NCBI GenBank assembly: GCA_043822305.1
Contig: JBDRBU010000100.1
Coordinates: forward strand, 1 to 61,259
Source: Candidatus Firestoneibacteriota bacterium
Lineage (GTDB): Bacteria; Oederibacteriota; D2-FULL-39-29; JBDRBU01
DNA length: 61,259 nucleotides
Reading direction: 5' to 3'
How positions within the stretch are numbered: the first letter of the stretch is position 1; every line of letters starts with the position of its first letter. Positions 36,002-45,201 of this stretch are shown piece by piece. The position numbers and the translations under genes are program-made. Under the pieces are notes generated by a model, which ran no database searches, was not told where the DNA came from, and was given only the letters and a program-made list of their open reading frames with translations.

Positions 36002-37615
36002 ATGAAAAGAGTACTTATTGTGATATGTTTTATACAGGTATTTTTAACTTTTAAAATAATAGTCGCTGTCCCCTTTTTTGCTAGTCCACCGGCACCTGGA
36101 GTAAAAGTTGATAAAATACCAAAAGATGGTGTGCATAAATTACCTGATGTATCTTATTTAAGAGCAATGGGTACTCCGGCAAGTGAAATAGCAAAGGCAA
36201 TTGGGACAACTGGGACAAAAACACTTGTGGTAATATTTGTTAATTTTTCAGGTACGACATTTGGAGGAGAGGAGATAGCAAGTTATACAACTCTCTCAAC
36301 TGGTTATTTAGATAGATTAAAAGCATATATTACCGAAATATCATATGGAACATTAACGCTAATTATTACAGTAAAAGATAATAGTGGTGCAGGATATAGT
36401 CTTTCAAATTCAATGTTATACTATGGTTCAAATAATGAAGCAAAAACTGCTGATGGAACATTATTTAACGATGCATTAGTTGCCGCAGGTGTTAATGGTG
36501 GCTATGATGCGGTTATGGTCGTTCATGCTGGTACCGGTCAAGAATCAGAAGATGTAAATAGTAATATCTGGTCAATGTTTGTTGATTGGGGTTCTTTGAA
36601 ACGAGGGTTTAGGGAAGGAACTACAGTTCCAGCTAAAGAATTAGGTTCATTAAAACCTTATGGAGTTTTATGCCATGAATTTGGTCATCAGTTAGGGCTT
36701 CCAGACTTGTATAACACAGACACAGGTTCATCAAATGTGGGCAAATGGGATTTAATGGATTATGGGGCGTGGGTAAATAATGGGGATTCACCACCACATC
36801 CGTCTACCTGGTGTAAAGCATTTTTAAGTTGGGTTAGTCCAACATTAGTTAATAAGGCGTCAGATTTAAATATAAATTATTTTGAAGGAAATTCTCCTTC
36901 TACATTTAAGATTCCAATTCTTGGAAGTTCTACTGAGTATTTTCTAATTGAATATAGAAAACAGACAGGCTTTGATACTAATTTACCTGGTCAAGGTGTT
37001 TTAATCTGGCATATCGATGACACAGTAGGAGATATTGCACTAAATAATATTAATAATGATTCCAATCATTTAAGAGTAGCATTAAAAGAAGCAGATATGG
37101 ATAAGGATGCTGGAAGCAATAAAGGAGAGGGGACAGACACATATCCAACAGGTTCTAATATTTTTACTAATCCTTATAGTAATGGTTATTCTAATATATC
37201 AAGCAGTATAACTATATTTGATTTTTCTGGATTAGGTTCTGATACAATGACAGCAAAACTCTCTATGATATCTGCCACTACTAATTTAGTGTTAAAAAAT
37301 GCGCTTAATTTTCCTAATCCGGTAAAAAATGTTGCAAGGACTACAATAAGAGTTAGTTTTAGTAGACCCTTCACTACGGGTAATTTGAAGTTGTATAATT
37401 TGGCTGGTGAGTTGATATTAGATAATTCTTTAACCAGTTCAGAATTTAATACCCAGGCCTCACAAGATAATAGTGAATGGATATATGATTATGTATGGGA
37501 TTTGAAAAACTCTAATGGAAGTTTAGTCGGAAGTGGTTTATATTTTTATGTGGTAACAGCAGAGATTGGAAGTGAAAAGCAGGTTAAAACAGGAAAGTTG
37601 GCGATAATAAGATGA
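36002..37615 (+). CDS. secreted M6-like (immune inhibitor A-type) metalloprotease with a T9SS-type C-terminal sorting domain
   Basis: 537 aa. Signal peptide. Zn motif HEFGHQLGLPDLY. C-terminal ~80 aa ..LNFPNPVKN...I.... ..GLYFY.V......... is like a Por/T9SS CTD. Confidence 0.75.
   Translation: MKRVLIVICFIQVFLTFKIIVAVPFFASPPAPGVKVDKIPKDGVHKLPDVSYLRAMGTPASEIAKAIGTTGTKTLVVIFVNFSGTTFGGEEIASYTTLSTGYLDRLKAYITEISYGTLTLIITVKDNSGAGYSLSNSMLYYGSNNEAKTADGTLFNDALVAAGVNGGYDAVMVVHAGTGQESEDVNSNIWSMFVDWGSLKRGFREGTTVPAKELGSLKPYGVLCHEFGHQLGLPDLYNTDTGSSNVGKWDLMDYGAWVNNGDSPPHPSTWCKAFLSWVSPTLVNKASDLNINYFEGNSPSTFKIPILGSSTEYFLIEYRKQTGFDTNLPGQGVLIWHIDDTVGDIALNNINNDSNHLRVALKEADMDKDAGSNKGEGTDTYPTGSNIFTNPYSNGYSNISSSITIFDFSGLGSDTMTAKLSMISATTNLVLKNALNFPNPVKNVARTTIRVSFSRPFTTGNLKLYNLAGELILDNSLTSSEFNTQASQDNSEWIYDYVWDLKNSNGSLVGSGLYFYVVTAEIGSEKQVKTGKLAIIR
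36056..36072 (+). repeat. Repeat family K copy inside the protease signal peptide
   Basis: ataatagtcgctgtccc (encodes IIVAVP). 16/17 identical to 11854-11870. Confidence 0.5.
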
Positions 37616-38874
37616 TATATAAAGCGGTTAGAGGAACTAAAGATATTCTGCCTGATGATACAGGAAAATGGCAATATATAATTAAAATTGCCAGAGAAAC
37701 ATTTGATAGGTATGGTTATTCTGAAATAATAATACCTACTTTTGAATCTACTGAGTTATTTACAAGAGGTATAGGAGGGACTACAGATATTGTTACAAAA
37801 GAGATGTATAGTTTTACTGATAAGAAAGGTAGAAGTATTACTTTAAGACCAGAAGGAACTGCTGGTGTGATTAGAGCATATTTAGAGAATGGACTTTGTA
37901 CTAAATCTTCTCTAATAAAACTTTATTATATAGGTCCAATGTTTAGATATGAGCGTCCACAATCAGGAAGATACAGGGAACACTGGCAGATTGGTGTTGA
38001 AGCAATTGGCTCGGATAACCCTGCTTTAGATGGAGAAGTAATAAATTATGTGATTGATTTGTTGAAAAAATTAGGTATTACTGATTTAAAAACCCAGTTG
38101 AATTCAATAGGATGTTTAGAATGCAGACCAAAATATATTCATATTTTAAAGGAGTTTCTTAAAGGGAAAATAAGTGGTTTATGTGAAGTGTGTGTAGAAA
38201 GGATTGAAAAAAATCCATTAAGAATACTTGATTGCAAAGGAGAGACTTGCAAAAGTATTTTTAAAGATAAAGAAGCACCAAAAGTATTGGATTTTTTATG
38301 TGAACCTTGTAATGTCCACTTTAATCTGGTTAAAGAATATTTGGAATTATTACACATAAAATATGAAATAAATAACTATCTTGTTAGAGGTTTTGATTAT
38401 TATACAAAGACAGTTTTTGAGATTGTTTCAGATAAATTAGGCGCACAAAATTCGATAGTTGGTGGAGGAAGATATAATAATTTAGTAGAAGAACTTGGCG
38501 GTAGCCCAACTCCAGCCGTTGGTTTTGCTCTGGGTATTGAAAGGTTATTGTTAAGTTTAGATTCTCTGGGAGTGAATATTCCTTGCGAACATAAATTGGA
38601 TATATTTATAGTGTATTTGGGGAAAGAAGCATTAAAAAAATCTTTAGAGATTTCTTCTATTCTAAGAAATGCAGGTTATAAAGTAATTAGTGTATTTGAA
38701 GATAAAAGTTTAAAGAGTCAGTTAAAAATAGCCAATCAGTATAATGCGGAAAAAGTAATAATTGTAGGAGATAATGAATTAAAACAAGGTATTGTTATTT
38801 TAAAGAATATGAAAGATGGTAGTCAAAAAAATATTAAAATAGAAAATATATTAGAAGGAGTTAAAAGTATATGA
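37612..38874 (+). CDS. hisS: histidyl-tRNA synthetase
   Basis: 420 aa. Class II motifs, RPEGT and YY.GP.FRYERPQ.GR.R. Confidence 0.96.
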   Translation: MIYKAVRGTKDILPDDTGKWQYIIKIARETFDRYGYSEIIIPTFESTELFTRGIGGTTDIVTKEMYSFTDKKGRSITLRPEGTAGVIRAYLENGLCTKSSLIKLYYIGPMFRYERPQSGRYREHWQIGVEAIGSDNPALDGEVINYVIDLLKKLGITDLKTQLNSIGCLECRPKYIHILKEFLKGKISGLCEVCVERIEKNPLRILDCKGETCKSIFKDKEAPKVLDFLCEPCNVHFNLVKEYLELLHIKYEINNYLVRGFDYYTKTVFEIVSDKLGAQNSIVGGGRYNNLVEELGGSPTPAVGFALGIERLLLSLDSLGVNIPCEHKLDIFIVYLGKEALKKSLEISSILRNAGYKVISVFEDKSLKSQLKIANQYNAEKVIIVGDNELKQGIVILKNMKDGSQKNIKIENILEGVKSI

Positions 38875-40649
38875 TGAGAACACATTACTGTGCAGAACCA
38901 AATTTAGAATTTTTAGATAAAGAAGTAGTGCTATGTGGCTGGGTTAATTCAAGAAGGGACCACGGTAGTTTAATTTTTATTGATTTAAGGGATAGAACAG
39001 GCGTAATTCAAATTGTTGTTAATCCAGAGATAAGTGAAGCATCTCATAAAATTGCACAGGATATAAAAGACGAGTATGTTTTACTTGTAAAAGGTAAAGT
39101 TTCGAAGAGACCATCCGGGACTGAAAACGAAAATTTAAAAACAGGAGATATTGAAATAATAATTACTGAAATTGAAATACTAAATTCGTCTAAGGTTCTT
39201 CCTTTCCAGATTAAAGATGATATAGATGTAGCAGAAGAGATTAGATTTAAATATAGATATTTAGACTTAAGAAGGCCAAAGATTTTTAATATTTTTTCAA
39301 TGAGGAATAAAATTTCTTTTTTAATCAGGGAATTTTTTGATAAACATGGATTTTTAGAAGTAGAAACGCCTTTATTGATTAAAAGTACCCCAGAAGGAGC
39401 AAGGGATTATTTAGTTCCAAGCAGAATAAACATTGGAGAGTTTTACGCATTACCACAGTCACCTCAGATGTTAAAGCAAGTCTTAATGGTTTCTGGTTTT
39501 GATAGGTATTTTCAATTAGCAAAATGTTTTAGAGATGAGGATTTAAGAGCGGAAAGACAACCTGAGTTTACTCAAATAGATATTGAAATGTCATTTATTG
39601 ATGAGACAGATATTTTAAAATTGATAGAAGAGATGATAGTTCATGTATTTAAAATCTCTTTAAATATTGATATTAAAATACCGTTTCCAAAAATAACTTA
39701 TAATGAAGCAATGTTAACATATGGCTCTGATAAGCCGGATTTAAGGTACAAAATGGAATTAGTGGATATAACTGAAAAAGTATCTACCACAGAATACAAG
39801 ATATTTGCAAATGTTATAAAAAATGGTGGAGTAATAAGAGGTTTAAATGTTAAGAATTGCAGTAATTTTTCAAGACAGGAAATTGATGAATTAATTAATT
39901 TTGTGAAAAATTTTGGTGCAAAAGGAATTACCTGGTTTAAAGTTGTTAGTGATGAATTAGAATCCCCTGTGGCTAAGTTTTTTGATAATGAAGATTTAAA
40001 AAATATTAAGGATGCATTTTCCGCAGTAAATGATGATTTAATCTTAATCATAGGCGATTCCTTGCAAATTGTGACCCAGAGTCTTGATTTTTTAAGAAGA
40101 CATCTTGCTAATAAATTAAATTTAATACCCAAGGATACTTTTGTTTTTGAATGGCTAATTGATTTTCCACTTTTTAAATGGAATGAAGAAGAAAAGAGGT
40201 TTGAACCAGAACATCATCCATTTACTTCGCCAAAATTCACTGATATTGAATATTTAGATAAAGACCTTTCAAAAGTTAAAGCAAGAGCATATGATTTAGT
40301 CTTAAATGGAGTTGAAATTGGTGGTGGAAGTATAAGAATTCATAAAAGAGATATTCAGGAAAAGATTTTTAAAGCGATTGGAATAAGTAAGGATGAAGCA
40401 AAAGAGAAATTTGGATTTTTATTGGAGGCCTTTGAGTATGGAACACCACCTCATGGCGGGATAGCCTTAGGATTGGATAGACTAATTAAATTAATGTTAA
40501 ATGAAGATTCAATTAGAGATGTTATTATTTTCCCTAAAACTCAAAAAGCGCAGTGTTTATTAACTTCCGCACCATCAAAGGTTGATGAAAAACAACTAAG
40601 AGAACTTCACCTAAAAGTTAATTTACCACCAAAAGATATTGCAAAATGA
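38871..40649 (+). CDS. aspS: aspartyl-tRNA synthetase
   Basis: 592 aa. OB anticodon-binding N-terminus, QSPQ, FRDEDLRA.RQPEFTQ, GGGSIR motifs. Confidence 0.96.
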   Translation: MMRTHYCAEPNLEFLDKEVVLCGWVNSRRDHGSLIFIDLRDRTGVIQIVVNPEISEASHKIAQDIKDEYVLLVKGKVSKRPSGTENENLKTGDIEIIITEIEILNSSKVLPFQIKDDIDVAEEIRFKYRYLDLRRPKIFNIFSMRNKISFLIREFFDKHGFLEVETPLLIKSTPEGARDYLVPSRINIGEFYALPQSPQMLKQVLMVSGFDRYFQLAKCFRDEDLRAERQPEFTQIDIEMSFIDETDILKLIEEMIVHVFKISLNIDIKIPFPKITYNEAMLTYGSDKPDLRYKMELVDITEKVSTTEYKIFANVIKNGGVIRGLNVKNCSNFSRQEIDELINFVKNFGAKGITWFKVVSDELESPVAKFFDNEDLKNIKDAFSAVNDDLILIIGDSLQIVTQSLDFLRRHLANKLNLIPKDTFVFEWLIDFPLFKWNEEEKRFEPEHHPFTSPKFTDIEYLDKDLSKVKARAYDLVLNGVEIGGGSIRIHKRDIQEKIFKAIGISKDEAKEKFGFLLEAFEYGTPPHGGIALGLDRLIKLMLNEDSIRDVIIFPKTQKAQCLLTSAPSKVDEKQLRELHLKVNLPPKDIAK

Positions 40650-40736
40650 GGCAATAATTTATAGATTTTTACATAAAAAAATGGTATGATTTCATAAAGG
40701 AGGTGATTAAATATTAAATATGTGGAAAGTAAATAC

Positions 40737-40759
40737 CGCAGGCTAAATCTTGCGACTAC
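40737..40759 (+). repeat. REP family A copy (degenerate stem)
   Basis: cgcaggctaaatcttgcgactac, 21/23 to consensus. Shares an extended left flank (gtaaatac) with 12616-12646. Confidence 0.7.
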
Positions 40760-40789
40760 CCAGACCAAAATAAAAGGAGGATATTTATT

Positions 40790-41518
40790 ATGAGATACAT
40801 TAAATTTATTTTATGTATAGTTTTAGTGGTATTTTTCTGTTCAAAGGCAATAGCCGTTTCATTTTCAGAGTTTCAAAATTATCTCTCTGAGACATATCTA
40901 AAGCCGTTCTCTAAGGATTTAGGGGCAATACTTGGTGGCGGTTTTTATACAGGTTCAAACTGTGGATTTCCCGGATTTGATGTAAGTGCCAAATTTATTC
41001 TGATAGATAAACCTATAGCCGAAGATAGAATTTTACCTCAAAATCAGTCTTTTGGTTTACCATATATTCAAGCAGAAGTTGGATTGCCATTGGGTCTGGG
41101 TGTCATGGCCAGAGGTTTTTCGTTTAGTGTTGATGCCAAGAGTTTTTCAGTTATTGGAGCTGGTTTAAAATATAAATTTTTAGAAGATGTAGTGGCTATA
41201 CCAGCCGTCTCAGGATTTGTGACATATAATTTTGTGGCAGGGTTTCCAGACTTTGATGCAAGTACCTTTAGTCTGAATGTTTTAGTAAGTAAAGGTTTTT
41301 CACCATTACCGCTATCAGTTTATGCTGTAGGTGGTTTAGATTTTACTAATATTACTTCTAAGATTGCTGGTTTTTTAGATGTAAAAGGTTCTGACAGTGG
41401 ATACAGAATAAATACAGGAGTAAGGTTTAGTCCATTCCCATTATTTTATGTTGTTGGAGATATAGGGTTTGTAAATGGTTCTACTAATTATAATGCAGGA
41501 GCAGGTATTAGTTTTTGA
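40790..41518 (+). CDS. putative outer-membrane beta-barrel protein
   Basis: 242 aa. Signal peptide, alternating-hydrophobic Gly/aromatic-rich strands, C-terminal ..AGAGISF with a terminal Phe. Confidence 0.55.
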   Translation: MRYIKFILCIVLVVFFCSKAIAVSFSEFQNYLSETYLKPFSKDLGAILGGGFYTGSNCGFPGFDVSAKFILIDKPIAEDRILPQNQSFGLPYIQAEVGLPLGLGVMARGFSFSVDAKSFSVIGAGLKYKFLEDVVAIPAVSGFVTYNFVAGFPDFDASTFSLNVLVSKGFSPLPLSVYAVGGLDFTNITSKIAGFLDVKGSDSGYRINTGVRFSPFPLFYVVGDIGFVNGSTNYNAGAGISF

Positions 41519-41519
41519 T

Positions 41520-42503
41520 ATGAAGCATTTTAATAAGATAACTTTTGATGATAAAAAAGAAATAATAAACATCTTTGGAAATAATGATGAACATTTAAGA
41601 GTGATCGAGGAAGAATTTCCCATAAAACTTATGGCCAGAGGAGACACTCTTAGTCTAAATGGGCAGAAAAAAGATGTTAAGGTAGTTCTAAAAATATTTA
41701 ATGATTTAAAAGCATTAGCTCGTAAGAGTGAGCACATTCAAAGCGAAGATGTCCGAAGATTGGTATCTTTATATAAAGAAAACAGTGGCGATGGCAGTGG
41801 TTTAGACAGCATGATATCTGATGAATATACTATACCGATTCCTTCTAAGAAAAGATTCATTTATCCCAAGACAATCGGACAAAAAGAATATATTCATTCT
41901 ATAAAAAATTATAATATGGTCTTGGCCATAGGTCCTGCTGGCACAGGGAAAACTTACCTGGCTGTGGCCATGGCTATTGCCAGTTATGAGAGTGGAGAAG
42001 TTAGTAGAATAATTTTAACAAGACCAGCCGTAGAAGCAGGTGAAAAGTTAGGATTTTTACCAGGAACCTTTCAGGAGAAGGTTCATCCATATTTAAGACC
42101 ATTGTATGATGCTATTTATGATATGATGGAAATAGATAGATTTCAAGAGTTGTTATCAAAAGATGTTATTGAAGTTGCTCCACTGGCCTATATGAGAGGA
42201 AGAACTTTAAACGATGCTTTTATGATCTTAGATGAAGCACAGAATACTACACCCGAGCAAATTAAAATGTTTTTGACGAGATTGGGATTTGGTTCAAGAG
42301 TAATAATAACAGGTGATATAACCCAGATTGATTTACCTAAGGAGAAGATATCTGGTTTAGTGCATGTCCAATCAGTCTTAAAAGATGTAAAGGGTATAAA
42401 ATTTGTATATTTAACTAAAAAAGATGCAGTCCGACATGAATTAGTCACAAGAATTATAGGGGCATATGAAAAAGAGGAAAATCGTAATAAAAAAAAGGGG
42501 TAA
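41520..42503 (+). CDS. phoH: PhoH-like ATPase
   Basis: Walker A GPAGTGKTYLAVA, ILDEAQN. Start at the ATG at 41520 (MKHFNK..). The tracked ORF opens at 41475 inside the OMP gene. Confidence 0.92.
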   Translation: MKHFNKITFDDKKEIINIFGNNDEHLRVIEEEFPIKLMARGDTLSLNGQKKDVKVVLKIFNDLKALARKSEHIQSEDVRRLVSLYKENSGDGSGLDSMISDEYTIPIPSKKRFIYPKTIGQKEYIHSIKNYNMVLAIGPAGTGKTYLAVAMAIASYESGEVSRIILTRPAVEAGEKLGFLPGTFQEKVHPYLRPLYDAIYDMMEIDRFQELLSKDVIEVAPLAYMRGRTLNDAFMILDEAQNTTPEQIKMFLTRLGFGSRVIITGDITQIDLPKEKISGLVHVQSVLKDVKGIKFVYLTKKDAVRHELVTRIIGAYEKEENRNKKKG

Positions 42504-42942
42504 TAACTTAATAACAGTAAAGTATGTTAATATCTCTTCTTTGAAAATTTGTGCGAAATGGATTAAAAAATTAGTTGAAACAATTTTAAAAAAAGAAAAT
42601 AAAAATAATTTAGAAATCAATGTTATTATAACTAATGATAAGTATATAAAGAAAATTAATAAAGAATATAGATATAAAAATCAGTCGACTGATGTGATCT
42701 CGTTTTCTTATAATAGTTTTTTTCCTGGTAGAAAATTAATCTTGTTTGGTGATATAATAATTTCGTTAGATACGGCGAAGAAACAAGCATTAGAATATGG
42801 ACATAGTTTAGAAAAAGAAACTGCTATTTTGCTTATACATGGGTTGTATCATCTGATGGGATATAACCATTATAGAAAGAAAGAGTATAGATTAATGAAA
42901 CAGAAAGAAGAAAATGCGATTAAAATGTCAAAAATTTGTTAG
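42466..42942 (+). CDS. ybeY: rRNA maturation endoribonuclease YbeY
   Basis: 158 aa. Zn motif HGLYHLMGYNH. Confidence 0.9.
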   Translation: MKKRKIVIKKRGNNLITVKYVNISSLKICAKWIKKLVETILKKENKNNLEINVIITNDKYIKKINKEYRYKNQSTDVISFSYNSFFPGRKLILFGDIIISLDTAKKQALEYGHSLEKETAILLIHGLYHLMGYNHYRKKEYRLMKQKEENAIKMSKIC

Positions 42943-42957
42943 GAGGAGGTGATAAAA

Positions 42958-43218
42958 ATGGAAGAAAAAGAAATTGGTCGTATAACGCATTACTTCAAAA
43001 ATATTGGTGTGTCAGCAATTGAAATCACAAAAGATGGTTTGTCGGTAGGTGATGAGATTAAGATTAAAGGGACTACTACTGATTTTATACAAAAAGTTGA
43101 AGCAATGCAAATTGAACATAATATAATACAGTCTGCAAAAAAAGGCGATGTTATAGGAATAAAAGTTAAAGACAGAGTTAGACCGCATGATAAGGTTTAT
43201 AAGATAATTCAAAATTGA
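42958..43218 (+). CDS. small EF-Tu-domain-2-like beta-barrel protein
   Basis: About 86 aa. ..IGRITHYF.NIGV.AIEI....L.VGD.I.I.G.TTDF.Q.V..MQIEH......A.KGD.IGIKV. ATG at 42958 after AGGAGGAGG. Confidence 0.55.
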   Translation: MEEKEIGRITHYFKNIGVSAIEITKDGLSVGDEIKIKGTTTDFIQKVEAMQIEHNIIQSAKKGDVIGIKVKDRVRPHDKVYKIIQN

Positions 43219-43240
43219 ATAAGCTGGCTCCATTAGATGA

Positions 43241-43274
43241 CAACCCCCTAACCCCCTTTATTAAGGGGGAATTA
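43241..43274 (+). repeat. Repeat family E copy (caaccccctaa-ccccctttattaaggggg-aatta)
   Basis: C5/G5 7-bp stem hairpin with conserved flanks. Other copies at 54028-54062, 57065-57099 and a rearranged one at 56954-56990. Confidence 0.8.
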
Positions 43275-43281
43275 TTTTTTT
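43252..43281 (+). terminator. intrinsic terminator formed by the family E hairpin plus a T-run
   Basis: cccccttTATTaaggggg followed by aattaTTTTTTT, immediately after the 86-aa ORF. Confidence 0.6.
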
Positions 43282-43292
43282 AAAAGGAGATA

Positions 43293-44318
43293 ATGAACAT
43301 ATTTACATTGGTCGTTCAAATTTTTGTTTTAATTCTTTTGTTTTTTCTGGGAGCTTTTTTTTCAGGAGTTGAAACTGCATTAATTGCTATTAGTAGAACG
43401 AAAACAAAAATTCTCATCACCAAATATCCAAACAAGGAAAGATTTTTAAAAATTTGGTTTGAAACCCCGAACGAAGTTTTAACTACTTTATTAGTTGGTG
43501 TAAATACTGTGGCCGTAGCTGCAGCAACTTTAAGTGCTAGTATGGCAAATAGTTTCGCAGAATATTTTACTACTAGTAAAATTATACTAACATTTATAAG
43601 TGGATTTGTGGTTGCAATGGTAATTATTTTTTTTGGAGAAGTAGCACCTAAGATTTTTGCAATGCATAATGTTGAGAAAACAGTTTTGTATACTATAAAA
43701 CCCTTGTATTATTTAAACAAGATTATTATTCCTTTTACGAATTTTTTTACAAAACTTGCTGTTTTTGTTATTAAACTTTTTGGTGGAAAATTTTTAGAAC
43801 CTTCTCCACTAATAACCCGTGAAGAGATAAAATCAATGATAAAATTAGGTGGTGAGGTAGGGGCAATAAAAGATGATGAAGGTACTTTACTTCATAATGT
43901 TTTTAAATTTAATGAAAAATTTGTTAGAGATGAAATGATACCGTTAGATAAGGTCTCGTGTATTAACATTGACGATAGCGTTAATAATATTTTAAGATTA
44001 GCCACAGAAGAAGATTATACAAGAATGCCAGTATACAAGGGGAGTAAAAGTAATATTATAGGCATAATTCATACTAAAGAACTTTTAAATATTTTGGCTA
44101 ACAAGAAGTTGTTTATTTTGATAGATTTGTTAAGGACACCTTATTTTGTTAGTGAAGATAAAAAGATATCCGAATTATTGTCTGAATTAAAAGAAAAAAG
44201 ATTGCATATGGCTATTGTAAAAAACAAGGATAATCAGGTTGTAGGGCTGATAACCTTAGAAGATTTGATTCAAGAGATAGTAGGATATATTGGAGATGAG
44301 TATGGCAGTAGAAATTAA
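43293..44318 (+). CDS. CNNM/DUF21 + CBS-pair membrane protein (CorC/HlyC family, lacks the C-terminal CorC_HlyC domain)
   Basis: 341 aa. 4 TM helices in a DUF21 N-terminus, then two CBS units. Completes the conserved phoH-ybeY-corC order. Confidence 0.8.
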   Translation: MNIFTLVVQIFVLILLFFLGAFFSGVETALIAISRTKTKILITKYPNKERFLKIWFETPNEVLTTLLVGVNTVAVAAATLSASMANSFAEYFTTSKIILTFISGFVVAMVIIFFGEVAPKIFAMHNVEKTVLYTIKPLYYLNKIIIPFTNFFTKLAVFVIKLFGGKFLEPSPLITREEIKSMIKLGGEVGAIKDDEGTLLHNVFKFNEKFVRDEMIPLDKVSCINIDDSVNNILRLATEEDYTRMPVYKGSKSNIIGIIHTKELLNILANKKLFILIDLLRTPYFVSEDKKISELLSELKEKRLHMAIVKNKDNQVVGLITLEDLIQEIVGYIGDEYGSRN

Positions 44319-45201
44319 TGGTCTGACAAAGTTAACGGGAGTTTTTGGATATCCAATTAGTCATAGTTTATCTCCTCAAATGCATAATGCAGCATTTGAA
44401 TATAAGAGATTAAATTATGTTTATGTGCCATTTGAAGTACACCCAAAGAATTTGAAAAATGTTTTAAAAAATTTGAGTAGTTCAGGAATAGTTGGAATTA
44501 ATCTTACGATTCCTCATAAAGAGATTGCGTATTCTTGTGTGGATGTTCTTTCAAAAGAAGCGAAACTAACTAAAGCAGTAAATACAATAAGTGTCAGGAG
44601 AAATAAACTATATGGTTTTAATACAGATGTCGAAGGTTTTTTGAAGAGTTTGAAATTAGATGGCCATATTAATCCAAAAGGCAAAAATGTTTTAATTCTG
44701 GGTGCTGGTGGAGCAGCAAAAGGAGTAGCGTTTTCGCTTTTATCTGCTGGGATAAGGTCATTAATTATTGCAAACAGAACTTATAAAAGAGCAGAAAATT
44801 TAGTAAAGGAGATAAATAATCTCTCAAGAATTGATTCACTTGCAATTCCTTTAAAAGAAGATTACATAAAAGAAATTATAGGTGATATAGATATACTTAT
44901 TAATACCACTTCGGTTGGACTATATAAAAATGATAAATCTTTACCCACGCACCACCAGAGGGTGCGGGGTTTACTTTCTCATAAATCCTTGCATTCTAAA
45001 TTGTTAGTTTATGACTTGATTTATAATCCAGTTGAGACTCCTTTAATGAAAGAAGCAAAGATAGTGGGAGCAAAAACTTTAAATGGTTTAGGTATGTTGC
45101 TTTATCAAGGTGCTTTGTCCTGGGAGATCTGGACAGGAAAATCCGCACCAGTTGAAATAATGAAGGATGCTTTATTAAAAGCAATTAAAAATGTTAAATA
45201 A
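44290..45201 (+). CDS. aroE: shikimate 5-dehydrogenase
   Basis: G..GYPI.HS.SP..HN, N.T.PHK, NTD..GF, GAGGA.K, YDLIYNP motifs. An alternative start at 44302 (MAVEING..) is possible. Confidence 0.92.
   Translation: MEMSMAVEINGLTKLTGVFGYPISHSLSPQMHNAAFEYKRLNYVYVPFEVHPKNLKNVLKNLSSSGIVGINLTIPHKEIAYSCVDVLSKEAKLTKAVNTISVRRNKLYGFNTDVEGFLKSLKLDGHINPKGKNVLILGAGGAAKGVAFSLLSAGIRSLIIANRTYKRAENLVKEINNLSRIDSLAIPLKEDYIKEIIGDIDILINTTSVGLYKNDKSLPTHHQRVRGLLSHKSLHSKLLVYDLIYNPVETPLMKEAKIVGAKTLNGLGMLLYQGALSWEIWTGKSAPVEIMKDALLKAIKNVK
44943..44970 (+). repeat. Repeat family I hairpin inserted in frame in aroE
   Basis: acccacgcacc-accagag-ggtgcggggt, encoding ..PTHHQRVRG... Related hairpin cgcacc-ttct-ggtgcg at 49628-49643. 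Confidence 0.6.

Noticed and set aside
40662-40690. Promoter for the OMP gene (TGgTATGAT extended -10 at 40682-40690)
   Set aside because: The -35 region (tagatt) is poor, and the 8-codon mini-ORF behind AAGGAGGTGAT runs into REP-A. This is plausible but too weak to list as a feature.
43241-43274. Telomere-like CCCTAA motif in family E (aaccccctaaccccc)
   Set aside because: There are only two degenerate units per copy, embedded in a hairpin element at internal chromosomal positions. Nothing indicates a linear replicon end.
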